The position numbers and the translations under genes are program-made. From assembly GCF_028641065.1 (NCBI RefSeq), contig NC_073377.1, positions 151,714,001-151,778,000 on the forward strand: a DNA stretch of 64,000 nt, written 5' to 3'. The DNA is from Leucoraja erinacea (lineage: Eukaryota). Every line of letters begins with the position of its first letter. Positions within the stretch are counted from its first letter, which is position 1. The notes beneath the pieces are model-generated. The model was not told the DNA's origin. It saw only the letters and a list, made by a program, of their open reading frames with translations, and did no database searches. This document shows positions 52,870 through 64,000 of the stretch, in pieces.

Positions 52870-54005
52870 GAAAGAAACTTAAAGCACACGGCATTGGGGG
52901 TTCAGTATTGATGTGGATAGAGAACTGGCTGGCAAACAGGAAGCAAAGAGGAGTAAACGGGTCCTTTTCACAATGGCAGGCAGTGACTAGTGGGGTACCG
53001 CAAGGCTCAGTGCTGGGACCCCAGCTATTTACAATATATATATTAATGATCTGGATGAGGGAATTGAAGGCAATATCTCCAAGTTTGTGGATGACACTAA
53101 GCTTGGGGGCAGTGTTAGCTGTGAGGAGGATGCTAGGAGACTGCAAGGTGACTTGGATAGGCTGTGTGAGTGGGAAAATGTTTGGCAGATGCAGTATAAT
53201 TTGGATAAATGTGAGGTTATCCATTTTGGTGGCAAAAACAGGAAAGCAGACTATTATCTAAATGGTGGCCGACTAGGAAAAGGGGGAGATGCAGCGAGAC
53301 CTGGGTGTCATGGTACACCAGTCATTGAAAGTAGGCATGCAGGTGCAGCAGGCGGTGAAGAAAGCGAATGGTATGTTAGCTTTCATAGCAAAAGGATTTG
53401 AGTATAGCAGGGAGGTTCTACTTCAGTTGTACAGGGTCTTGGTGAGACCACACCTGGAGTATTGCATACAGTTTTGGACTCCAAATCTGAGGAAGGACAT
53501 TATTGCCATAGAGGGAGTGCAGAGAAGGTTCACCAGACTGATTCCTGGGATGTCAGGACTGTCTTATGAAGAAAGACTGGATAGACTTGGTTTATACTCT
53601 CTAGAATTTAGGAGATTGAGAGGGGATCTTATAGAAACTTACAAAATTCTTGGACAGGCTAGATGCAGGCAGATTGCTCCCGATGTTGGGGAAGTCCAGG
53701 ACAAGGGGTCACAGCGTAAGGATAAGGGGGAAATCCTTTAAAACCGAGATGAGAAAAACTTTTTTCATACAGAGAGTGGTGAATCTCTGGAACTCTCTGC
53801 CACAGAGGGTAGTTGAGGCCAGTTCATTGGCTATATTTAAGAGGGAGTTAGATGTGGCCCTTGTGGCTAAGGGGATCAGAGGGTATGGAGAGAAGGCAGG
53901 TACGGGATACTGAGTTGGATGATCAGCCATGATCATATTGAATGGCGGTGCAGGCTCGAAGGGCCGAATGGCCTACTCCTGCACCTAATTTCTATGTTTC
54001 TATGT
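52870..54005 (+). mobile_element. Young CR1 3' fragment (1.1 kb), ~90 bp downstream of the exon donor at 52780
   Basis: VTSGVPQGSVLGPQLF, KFVDDTK, RPHLEYC; tail TTTCTATGTTTCTATG; TSD AATAAAG at 52863-69 and 54006-12. Confidence 0.92.
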
Positions 54006-54295
54006 AATAAAGAAGCTGATTTTCCTCTTAAACATTTCAATAAATTGCTTTCTTGCGATGATATTCAAAAAATATTTAAGTGAAATGATATCTTGTACTG
54101 TTGTATTTTCTTAATACCACAAAGAACGCATATGAATTTTAGCATATGAAGCTTCTCAACAAGTTTTGTATCTGACATTGACTGTTGGAAGTTAGCCAGA
54201 TTTGGAAGCTGATATTTATGAAAATAGTTGTAGCTTGGCAACTATAAAATTATTGCATGTGTTGTGGAAGCTCTGTTCTTTTGGTGGCTGTAGAC

Positions 54296-55410
54296 CAGGC
54301 ACGTGCCGTGAGTAATTACTCAGGGTAGGCACTCAGTCGGCTTAAAAAAAAACTTTTAAACCGCGCATGCGCAGATTGCTCTCTCCGTAAAAATAAAAAA
54401 TAAAAACCAAAAACAGTAACAAATCAATTTGCCCAAGGCTTCCTAGTCTCCTTTATTCTGAATTACTGAATGGGTGGGTGGGGTAGATTAATGGCAGGTG
54501 GAGAGATGGTGGGAAAAACGGGAGTACAGGAAAAAGTTTAATCAGTTGTCATCTTATTGAAAGACAACACTTGTTCAAGGGACCAATTGGGGGGAGAGTT
54601 CCTTTCACAGCGTGTGGAGAGTCTGTGCCAGAGATAAAGTTGCGTGGAGAACAGGAATGTTGAGAAGGAGGGGTCAGGGATAATGCCAGTAACTCACTCA
54701 CTCACCGCTGCCGCAGCTCTCCGGGCGCGAAGCCACGCACTGTAGCCGGGGATAGAAGCAGCCCGGGGAGCTGCGAGCGGCCGCCGGGACCCGACAGCAG
54801 AACTGGCTGCCACTTCAGCGCCTTCTGCCGGCCTGCTCACCTTTGGCAGTGCTCTCCGTCTGAACACCTCTCACCTGTCGCTTGCTCATGTCAGCGGCTT
54901 CCTGCAAATCCTTAAATTCCTGAGTAACCTCAATCGCGCTGTCGGAATTTAAGGACATGAGTGGCAGGAGAGAGGTTTTTAAAAACATCACCAAGAAATG
55001 TACTTATCACATCATTGGTACACGAGCTCCATTCTTCTCTCCCTGTTTCCTTATACACTTAAAATAATGCCAATCCATAATTGAAAATCCCACCAAGAAA
55101 CTAGCGCTGCATTTGCGCAGTAGGATGCTGAGCATGCACAGTGCTGCAAAGGCAGAATTTCAGCTGCCTTCAGCCCCGATTGAAAGTGACGGCTTCCAGC
55201 AGCACTGACGACACGTGGGCTGCACAGACCTTCCCGTGTTACAAGCGCTGCGGATGAAAGGCATGGAGAATTATGCCTACTTTAGAGATCGATCCCTTAG
55301 ATATTCATAATTCTCCCATGCCTTTACTATTTATATTTAGTAATTACTATGTTATAATTTTAGTCGGGGTAGGCAGTGCCTACCTTTCCTATCCTGACAG
55401 CACGTGCCTG
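54296..55410. mobile_element. Non-autonomous hAT element
   Basis: TIR CAGGCACGTGC / GCACGTGCCTG and perfect 8-bp TSD CTGTAGAC (54288-95, 55411-18); subterminal GGGTAGGCA repeats; no transposase. Confidence 0.88.
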
Positions 55411-57532
55411 CTGTAGACGTATGGGATTTTCAGCATTTGCAGGTCACATTTTGTTATTAGCAAAACATCATGAAAAGAAAAAAATGGTGCTTCTGCAAAA
55501 CTCAATTTCCGCCTTTCCATGGTTCATAATCATTAGTTTCTTGATATATGGATTTTTTAAGCAATTTGGTGCAGTTCTTTTGATACAAATATCATTTCCC
55601 TTGTGTTTGTGTGTGTGTGTGTGTGTGCAGGGGCAAAAATAGCTTCAAATCTGGGGGACACACACAATTTCTTGGTGGCCCCACATGCTTGCACACGTTC
55701 GCACACACAAGGCTTTGGGTGGGCCCTGTGGACGGTAACATTGGGAGCTGACCTGCTTGGTGACCGACACCAAACTCCAGCAACAGCAGCTTCGTCTGCC
55801 CTGAATCGTGGGGCTTGAATCGGCCCGTTCGACGGCTTGGCTTAAAATCGTCCGTGGGATCTTCCATCGCCTGGCAGGGGCTTCAACACCGGGAGCCTCG
55901 ATTGCCTCGACACAGCAGTTTGACTGCCTGACCGAGGGTCGATGGAAGATCCTGAGGCCCACGCTGGTTGATGAAAGGCCCCACGAACGGGCCGATTCAC
56001 CCCTTAGAAAGCGTCTGATACCCACTTGAATCTTTCAAATGCTACAATGTGATAAATAACACTTAAACAAATAAAACTGAATCAAATAAAGGCAAACAGA
56101 AGAACCAACCTTGGAGGGGAGAGAGAGAGAAAGATGGGGAAAAAATACCAAATAAAGTGAGTGACCGTGAATGAGGGACTTACCTGCAAGCTAGCCTGTC
56201 AGCCCTTAATGACCTAACTCGTTTAAATCCAATGCCCGTTTAAATCTTTCCAATCCACCAATACATCCAATTAGCTCAAATGGTAATTGTACCCACAGAG
56301 AAATTCTTAAAACAGTCTGATGTGGGTACAATTGTGGGGCATCGTATTATCACATTGTGTTAATACGATGTTAAAAGTGACATTTAACAAACGCTTAACA
56401 GTGACCGAATCAAGTGATAAACGACTCCAATCGCTCGAGTATTGTATGTCTGTCGAATGTATGAGCATGGGGGGGGGGGGGTTTATCCCCCACCTCTCAA
56501 AACATGGGGGTTTTGTTCTCTCAATGTGTGGATTGTTTTCTTGCTGACATTGATATTGTCTCTCGGCTCAAGTCATCACTTTTAAAACATCGGGTGGGGA
56601 GACACAATTTCCTGGACTTTACTCACACTCGCCTTTACTCACACTCACAGGGACTATCACCTCTGCTCACTAGGGTTCTCACACACACACACACTCCCTC
56701 TACTTGCTTTAAAAACGCTATGGACACTGACAAGGCCCCGGCCCATTCAACTGCACCACTGATCAACATGATCTTAAATGATCATGCTCTGGCATCAATT
56801 TCCTCTTCTGTCCAGTTTCCCTTAACCACAAATTCCCCTATTTAAAAAAACAAATAATCTACTTGTTCTTTAAATTCATCCAATGACCTAGCCCCTGCAT
56901 TCCTCTGGAGTATTCTGGAGATATGCCACTCTGTGTAAGAATATGTTAAGTTTCAAATGAATGTCCCCTATCTAGTAACGATGTTGCTTTGTTCAATTTG
57001 ATACCGCCAGTGGAAATATCTTGACATCTACCCTTAGGATTCAATATGTTTCAATGGGAAGCACCCTCACTCTTCTGAATTCCAAAAAATATGCCCCTTC
57101 ATCTCAGAAGTTAACCAAGTGAATCTCTTTATGAATACCTCCAATACATTTTTTTTACATTTTTATATGGGGAAATCAAATCAGTGCACGTAACTCCATA
57201 CGTGACTGCACTAATACCTTTAACAATATTTCTGCATGCTTTTATCCTTATCTGCCTAATCTTTAACGAATTGTGAACATGGAACACTTAGATCCTCTTA
57301 ACTTTGCGTATGTGCAATATTTTCCCATTTAGATAATCTTTAGATTTCTCTTCCCTGGTACATGACCTCATGTTTTCCTATGTCAAATTCTCTTCAAATC
57401 CTTCCTTTTGCCTTTATGGCAAGAGCCATTTTCATTTAGTTGGAGAAAAATTTGTAATTAATGTTTTGACATGGTATCATAGTAGGTTTGTTCTATGTTA
57501 TTAAATTTGAATTGCATGTAATTATTCCCATG

Positions 57533-58706
57533 GTAGAGACAAAATGCTGGAGTAACTCAGTGGGACAGGCAGTATCTCTGGAGAGAAGGAATGGCCAACG
57601 TTTCGGGTCGAGACCCTTCTTCAGACTGATGTCAGGGGAGTGGGCGGGACAGAGATAGAATGTAGTTGTAGACAGTAAGTAGTGGGAGAACTGGGAAGTG
57701 GGAGGGGATGGAAAGAGAGGGAAAGCAAGGACTGTTTGAAGTTAGAGAAGTCAATGTTCATACTGCTGGGGTGCAAGCTAGCCAAGCAAAATATGAGGTG
57801 ATGTTTCTCCAACTTGCACTGGGCCTCACTCTGACAATGGAGGAGGCCCGGGATAGAAGGGTCAGATTGGGAATGGGAGGGGAAGTTAAAGTGCTGAGTA
57901 ACCAGGAGACCAGGTAACAATCGTTGAGCCTGCATTTGGTCTTGTCAATGTACAAGAGTTGACACCTGGAACAGGGGATATAGTAGATGAGGTTGGAAGA
58001 GGTGCAAGTGAACCCCTGCCTCACCTGAAAAGACAGTTGGGGTCCTTGCATGGAGTAGAGGGGGGGGAGGTAAAGAGACAGGTGTTGCATCTCCTGCAGT
58101 TGCAGGGAAAAGTACCTGGGGAGGGGGTGGTTTGGGTGGGAAGGGACCAGTTAACTAGGGAGTTGCGGAGGGAACGGTCTCTGCTGAAAGCAGAAAGGGG
58201 TGGAGATGGGAAGATGTGGCCAGTAGTAGGATCCTGTTGGAGGTGGCGAAAATGTTGGAGGATTATATGCTGTATGTGGCGGCTGATGGGGTGGAAGGTG
58301 GGGACAAGGGGGACTTTGACCTTGTTACGAATGGGGGAAGGGCCAGCAAGAGCGGAGCTGCGGGATATCGAGGAGACCTTAGTGAGAGCCTCATCTATAT
58401 TGGAAGAGGGGAACCTCCATTTCCTAAAGAATGAGAACATCTCCGATGCCCTCGTGTGGAAAACCTCATCCTGGTGCAGAAGCGTTGTAGACGAGGAATT
58501 GGAAGCTGGGGATAGAGTCCTTACAGGAAGCAGGGTGGGAAGAAGTGTAGTCTTATTAACTATGGGAGTCAGTGGGTTTGTAGTAGATGTCAGTCAATAG
58601 TCCGTCTCCTGTGATGGAGATGGTGAGATCTAGAAACGGTTGGGAGATGTCGGAGACGGTCCAAGTGAATATGAGTGCAGGATGGAAATTGGTGGTGAAG
58701 CTGAGA
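57533..58706 (-). mobile_element. 5'-truncated Penelope-like element with intact hammerhead core at 57596-57626
   Basis: KVPLVPTFHP, CNCRRCNTC, NLIYYIPCSRCQLLYI; TSD ATTCCCATG at 57524-32 and 58707-15. Confidence 0.88.
57596..57626 (-). ncRNA. Minimal hammerhead ribozyme core (antisense to RAPGEF2)
   Basis: Minus strand CTGAAGA-A-GGGT ctcg ACCC-GAAA-CG-TT (GUU triplet). Confidence 0.6.
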
Positions 58707-59751
58707 ATTCCCATGACAGGGTTTATTTAGAAGATCATGCAGGGCGTTTCTTGGTGTTTTCTTTCATTTAGCATTCTCTTTAGTGGAAATATAACTTTTT
58801 ACAGGTCTTGTAAATTGACTAATGAATGATCTGCAATTGTTGTTAAGTTTAAAACTTTACAATAGGGAGACATAAGAGACTGCAGAGGCGGTAATCTAGA
58901 GCAAAAACAATGCTGCTGAAGGAACATCCGTGGGTCAGGCAACATATGTGGAGGCAAAGGATTACTGGGTCCAGGTGGACATCCTGCATCAGGAGTTTGG
59001 TGTAGCTTGGGAGTAGGCTAGTATAACAGTATAAGGGAGGACTCCAAACAGAAGTTGGTGGTCTGAATATTTTGAGAATGTGGCATCATTCTATTGGTAT
59101 CTAAAGATGGGAAGGTAAATTATGACTTTTTTTGAATCTTTTGATGGGATAAAATGAGGTTTTATCCAGCTGGGCAAATGGTCTAATATGTTTTGTTTCT
59201 GGGATGTTTATTTCTTAGCTTAATTTTATGAAGTTGTCTGCTGTTATTTATTATGTTTCCTTGTCTTCAGTGTTTTCATATTTTCTGCTTGAGTATTTCA
59301 ATATTTTTGCATATGTTCTTTTAATTTATATTGACTCACTTGAATGATATTTTGTATTTTTTAATGTATTGTTCAATTTCTGTCTGTTACACAATCTAAC
59401 TATCAAGCATGTTTGATCTCTCAGCACACTTTCTGGAGTAGTTGTTCTTTCTGAGTTTTGTTTGTTCATTAATATAGATCGAGCATTATCTGTCTTAAAT
59501 AAATTAAACAAATAATCTTATTTAATCTTTGTTCATTTTTCCAGAAAGGGCATAAATCACAAATACAAAATAGTGATTAGTCTTTTGTAAATGTGATTGA
59601 TCTAAGTATTTGTACCTTTGTTTATTTGGGCCTCCAACTTTTACATTTTTATGTTTGGTAATTATTGCATGAGAAATTAATAAAAAATTAAAAAATCACT
59701 ATCAGTATTTGGCAAAGAAAAGGGACCAATGTGTTTATTTTTCTGTTACAG

Positions 59752-59808
59752 ATTAATGTGTGAAACTGTCAGATATGAACGGCATGAGGCAAATGAGGTC
59801 CTATACTA
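59752..59808 (+). CDS. RAPGEF2: RAPGEF2 coding exon, 57 bp, phase 2->2: (R)LMCETVRYERHEANEVLY(Y)
   Basis: Acceptor tttttctgttacag|ATT and donor TACTA|gtaagt. LMCETVRYERHEANEVLYY fits RAPGEF2 rather than the paralog RAPGEF6 (recalled sequence). Confidence 0.95.
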
Positions 59809-60000
59809 GTAAGTGAATGCATTTGTTTTTTCAAATATTAACATTAGATTGGTTGTCTGAGTAATGGAGAAAAATCCTCATGGTGCAGCAATATTCCATA
59901 AATAGAGCACAGATCTTCAATGTGATTGATGAAGCTCAGTTCTATCAGTTGAAATTGGTTTTTTTGGTCAAGAAAATTGTAATAGCAATGATAAAATAAA

Positions 60001-60657
60001 TAAAGAAAGTGAATGGCATGTTGGCCTTTATAACAAGAGGAATCGAATATAGGAGCAAAGAGGTCCTTCTGCAGTTGTACCGAGCCCTAGTGAGACCACA
60101 CCTGGAGTATTGTGTGCAGTTTTGGTCCCCTAATTTGAGGAAGGACATTCTTGCTATTGAGGAAGTGCAGCGTAGGTTTACAAGGTTAATTCCCGGGATG
60201 GCGGGACTGTCATATGCTGAAAGAATGGAGCAGCTGGGCTAGTACACTGGAGTTTGAAAGGATGAGAGGGGATCTTATTGAAACATAAGATTGTTAAGGG
60301 TTTGGACACGCTAGAGGCAGGAAACATGTTCCCGATGTTGGGGGAGTCCAGAACCAAGGGCCACAGTTTAAGAATAAGGAGTAACCCATTTAGAACGGAG
60401 ACAAGGAAACACTTTTTCTCACAGAGAGTGGTGAGTCTGTGGAATTCTCTGCCTCAGAGGGCAGGTTCTCTGGAGGCAGGTTCTCTGGATGCTTTCAAGA
60501 GAGAGCTAGATAGGGCTCTTAAAAATAGCGGAGTCAGGAGATATGGGGAGAGGGCAGGAACGGGGTACTGATTGGGGAATGATCAGCCATGATCACATTG
60601 AATGACGGCGCTGGCTCGAAGGGCCTACTCCTGCACCTATTGTCTATTGTCTATTGA
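60001..60657 (+). mobile_element. CR1 3' fragment ~190 bp downstream of the exon donor at 59808
   Basis: [34 protein letters not shown]; (CTATTGT)n tail. Confidence 0.9.
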
Positions 60658-60862
60658 GGTATTTTGTGCCATAAACAAAATCACCTATCTTCCCATCCAA
60701 AGTGTAGCGAGTGCCAAATAATCTAAATCTGAAAACAGATGTAGCATGTTTAACCCCAATTTATCCCTAATTATCTGTAGTTCATCTTTGCAGAGATTTT
60801 ATAATATACACGTTACTAAATTTATTTTAAAATAAATCTAGACATATTCAGGAAAGTTAACA

Positions 60863-61146
60863 CAGGTCCACCGTTGATTTTCTGGCGGCCGAGATACGGT
60901 CCTGCAAAGTCTGCCTTGGATGTCGGGCTATGGGAATGGATCTGCCGGCTCTGGTTGGGCCGGATTTTTATAGCCCGGGCTGCAGGGGGCAAATTTGACC
61001 TGCAGATCGGCCGCAGGTCCCGATGAGGTCTAGATCGGCTGCCTCACCCGGCCTAGGCGCCACATTTTTGGAGGGTGTGCTCGTAATTTTGTCTGGATTA
61101 AAGGAGGTTTCAGACCACCAGTTGCCAGAAAATCATGGTGGACCTG
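60863..61146. mobile_element. Tc1/pogo (Tigger-like) MITE
   Basis: CAGGTCCACCGTTGATTTTCTGGC...GCCAGAAAATCATGGTGGACCTG|TA; the left TA is mutated to CA. Confidence 0.75.
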
Positions 61147-62831
61147 TATAAAGTCAGGGAATTGGGGTTAAAGAGGAAAGTTGTTGGAGTCGGGTTGCAG
61201 TTGCAAGATGATCTTGATTTTTAATGCAAAGATTTTGTTCTTATGCAATTCTTAAATGTTATTTTTATTGTATGGTAATTACAAAAGATAGTCAAATTCA
61301 AGTCTGTAAGTGGAATTTGTTGAGTACGGTTATTTCTCTGATGTATGTTCAGTGGCCTAGATAGTGTGGCTCTCTAGTGCCATCATAGGTAGGTCAGTGT
61401 AATTGCAGCAATTTCATGAAAAAAATCATATGCTGGATGTGTTCCGAGGAATGAGATCAGTGATGGAATCAATGCTAAAAAGGCCCATTATAAAACTATA
61501 TTATATAAATGTGTTAATGACAGTGGCATAGTGTTGTGAATCTGGTACAAAACCTTGCCTTACCAACCGTGCTGCAGACCTGATGTGAACTCTAGCCTTT
61601 CCCCATCTGCTGCATGCAGCTGTGCCAAATCGCTGGTGCAGATTTTTGCCCTCTGCTGGTGCTCTTGCTGTAATGAAGAGCCCACTGCTTGGTATGGAGA
61701 AGATTGCTTGTGAGTGAGGGTGTTGGGTGGGTCAAGACAAGCTGAGCAGCAGCTTAGTGCAGCAAATACAGGCCAGGGGGTGCACTGCTGCCAAAGTGAG
61801 ACCTGTTGGAGGTGATAGAAGCTGCTTTTTTCTCCCTATTTGTTTGGTTACAAAGCTTTCCCTAGGCTTGAGTTTTCTCTGTGCTAACAAACATCCGTAA
61901 GAGTGGTTGCTGGGCATTGAACTTGTATTCATTGAGTGTAGCCAAACAAAGAGAAGTGGACATAGTAACTATACATAGTTACTATACACAGTATCTACAG
62001 GTATATTAATCTTCTAACGCATTGAACAGGAGGTACTGAGTGAAACTGCAGGATCTGGCTAGTCTGTCAAGGAGGGGCTGCTGGTTCCCAGTGATGTCCG
62101 GAATTAGTGTTGGTCAGGGTGCATTACTGAGCCCCACATCTGTAGCTCATCTATATCTCTCTCCGCCCAATACCAGTCCTCACAGGAAACATCTTGACAT
62201 TGAACATTGAACAGGGATTTGTGCCAAGGTCACAGCACAGCAACACCTATTGGCAGGAGTTCTTGTTAGGTTTACAGCAAAACCTGAGACTGGCTTGTTA
62301 AAAGTATAACTGGTGGGGAATGATGTGGAATGGCGGGGTATGACAGAATGCAAAGTATTTAACATTGATAAATATGATTCTTGCTATATTTATTGGCAAG
62401 CTGGGAATGTGTTTCATCAATTGCAAATTTGAAAGCAAAATATTGCAGATAATGTAAATCTGGTTAAAAAATGAAAATGCTGGAAATACTTGGTAAGTTA
62501 CGTATCATCTGTGAAAATTCCACAGATGCTTGGTCTACTGAATGTTTCCAACATTTTTTGTTTTTATAATGTTTTTATTTGTTTTAATTATGTTGTAAAT
62601 TGTTTATTTCATTAAAAAAATACTAATCATACATTATGCTAATTGATTAAAACACCAAATGCATTTAAAATAATTAGGCACGCTGTGTGATAATAATATA
62701 CAAAACCTTATGTAAATCCGTGTTAATAAACCTACAGAACCAATAAGTTTATATGTCGGTGCAGTTAATTTTGTTAGAGCATATTCCCATTGTGTGTTTA
62801 TGTGTTATTTTTTTTCTTCTCTCTATCCTAG

Positions 62832-62915
62832 CCCTGATGATATTGGAACCTGTTGGTACATACTCTTGTCTGGTTCCGTATTTATCAAAGAGTCTATGTT
62901 TCTTCCCAGAAGCAG
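62832..62915 (+). CDS. RAPGEF2: RAPGEF2 coding exon, 84 bp, phase 2->2: (Y)PDDIGTCWYILLSGSVFIKESMFLPRS(S)
   Basis: Long polypyrimidine tract ending ctatcctag|CCC and donor AGCAG|gtatg; in frame with the previous exon. Confidence 0.95.
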
Positions 62916-63433
62916 GTATGTTTTCAATAAACAAACTTGGATATGCATGTTTTATATAGAGCATTAGTTGTGTGAAATGTAATGTTATAATTGTTATGTA
63001 TGTTGTGACAATTAATCCTAACATCTGGGTTTTGTTGTGTACTTGCTCATTATGACAATGTGAGTGCCTACAGTAGGAATAATTTACAGTAGCCATTACC
63101 CTACAAACAAATATTTGGGATTGTTAGCCACTTAGCATCAACTTTCTCACAAGGACTATATTTAATTTTAGCACTTTATGTAAAACATAATTTCGGTAGA
63201 TTATTGGGCGGAGAATTTGACATACAGATTGCATATATGTAAGATATTATTTAAATTAATACACCCTGGCAAAAATAGTCTCAGAGTTGATAATGAACCC
63301 TTGGAAGAAAGTTTTAAAAGAATTATTGTTCATTCACTCTCAAAAGACCAACAGGGAGACAGAAGCACATATATACACTAGAAGTTTAAAACTATGTGAA
63401 TCAGGATTCTGCCACATCTACGCTATGAAAGGT

Positions 63434-63638
63434 GTAGGAAGGAACTGCAGGTGCTGGTTTAAACCGAAGATAGACACAAAAAGCTGGAGTAACTCAGCGG
63501 GTTAGGCAGCATATCTGGAGAAAAGGAGTAGGTGGCGTTTCGGGTCGAGACCCTTCTTCAGACCTGAAGAATTAGTGACACTGAAGAAGGGTCTCGACCC
63601 GAAACGTCACCTATTCCTTTTCTCCAGCTTTTTGCGTC
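63434..63638. mobile_element. Fold-back Penelope-derived element with hammerhead cores on both strands
   Basis: 47-bp inverted arms 63515-63561 / 63581-63627 (2 mismatches); TSD CTAC(G/T)CTATGAAAGGT at 63418-33 and 63639-54. Confidence 0.88.
63581..63610 (+). ncRNA. Minimal hammerhead ribozyme core, sense to the RAPGEF2 pre-mRNA
   Basis: CTGAAGA-A-GGGT ctcg ACCC-GAAA-CG-TC: intact boxes, perfect stem II, GUC triplet. Confidence 0.7.
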
Positions 63639-64000
63639 CTACTCTATGAAAGGTCTTGATTTCCAGAACTCTTTGAGGATGGTGTACCATTTAATTTATA
63701 AATTAATTTGCTAATGAGGACTAGGTTTGCCATTCTGCCAGTTAGTTAACAAATTTAATATCTTACATTTGAGCAAATAATGCTATATCCATAAAAGGTA
63801 GAGTGTTGCAATCTTTATTAAACATTATTGTGAAACAATTCCCCTGGATGACTCTACTACTTTCAATTAATGTTCCTTCACTGAAAAATAAACCAGGACA
63901 TTTGGGGAAATGTTTGAATGGGTACTCAGATGAGAGATGGCTAACTACCTGCAGAAAAAGAACAAATGCTGATTCACAGCTGTAATTTCATCTCAGCCAA

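Noticed and set aside
55628-56612. Possible additional DNA transposon after the (TG)n run
   Set aside because: It looks repeat-like, but no convincing TIR pair or TSD could be defined.
62753-62959. 68-aa hydrophobic ORF
   Set aside because: It overlaps the real RAPGEF2 exon in a different frame; the hydrophobicity comes from the polypyrimidine tract.

Overview
Eukaryotic (vertebrate) genomic DNA. The repeat content (CR1 LINEs with (TTTCTATG)n tails, Penelope-like elements, Rex1/Babar LINEs) suggests a cartilaginous fish such as a skate; this is inference. The whole window lies inside a + strand gene recognisable as RAPGEF2 (PDZ-GEF1). Three small coding exons (52710-52780, 59752-59808, 62832-62915) splice in frame to DLEIVYSYLHGMEALSNLREHQLRLMCETVRYERHEANEVLYYPDDIGTCWYILLSGSVFIKESMFLPRS. 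The first ~52.7 kb is apparently a single large intron, and the upstream coding exon was not found in the window. The introns are packed with often nested transposable elements: a near full-length CR1 with an esterase ORF1, many CR1 3' fragments, Penelope-like elements (RT + GIY-YIG), Rex1/Babar and Tx1/L1 fragments, a full-length Passport-like Tc1 element with one premature stop, and Harbinger, Tc1/pogo and hAT MITEs. The most notable signal is a recurring minimal hammerhead-ribozyme core (CTGAAGA-A-GGGTCTCGACCC-GAAACGTC) in Penelope terminal repeats and in short, TSD-flanked, often fold-back non-autonomous derivatives. Almost all ORFs in the supplied track are TE fragments or spurious. No bacterial features, CRISPR arrays, rRNA or tRNA genes were seen.
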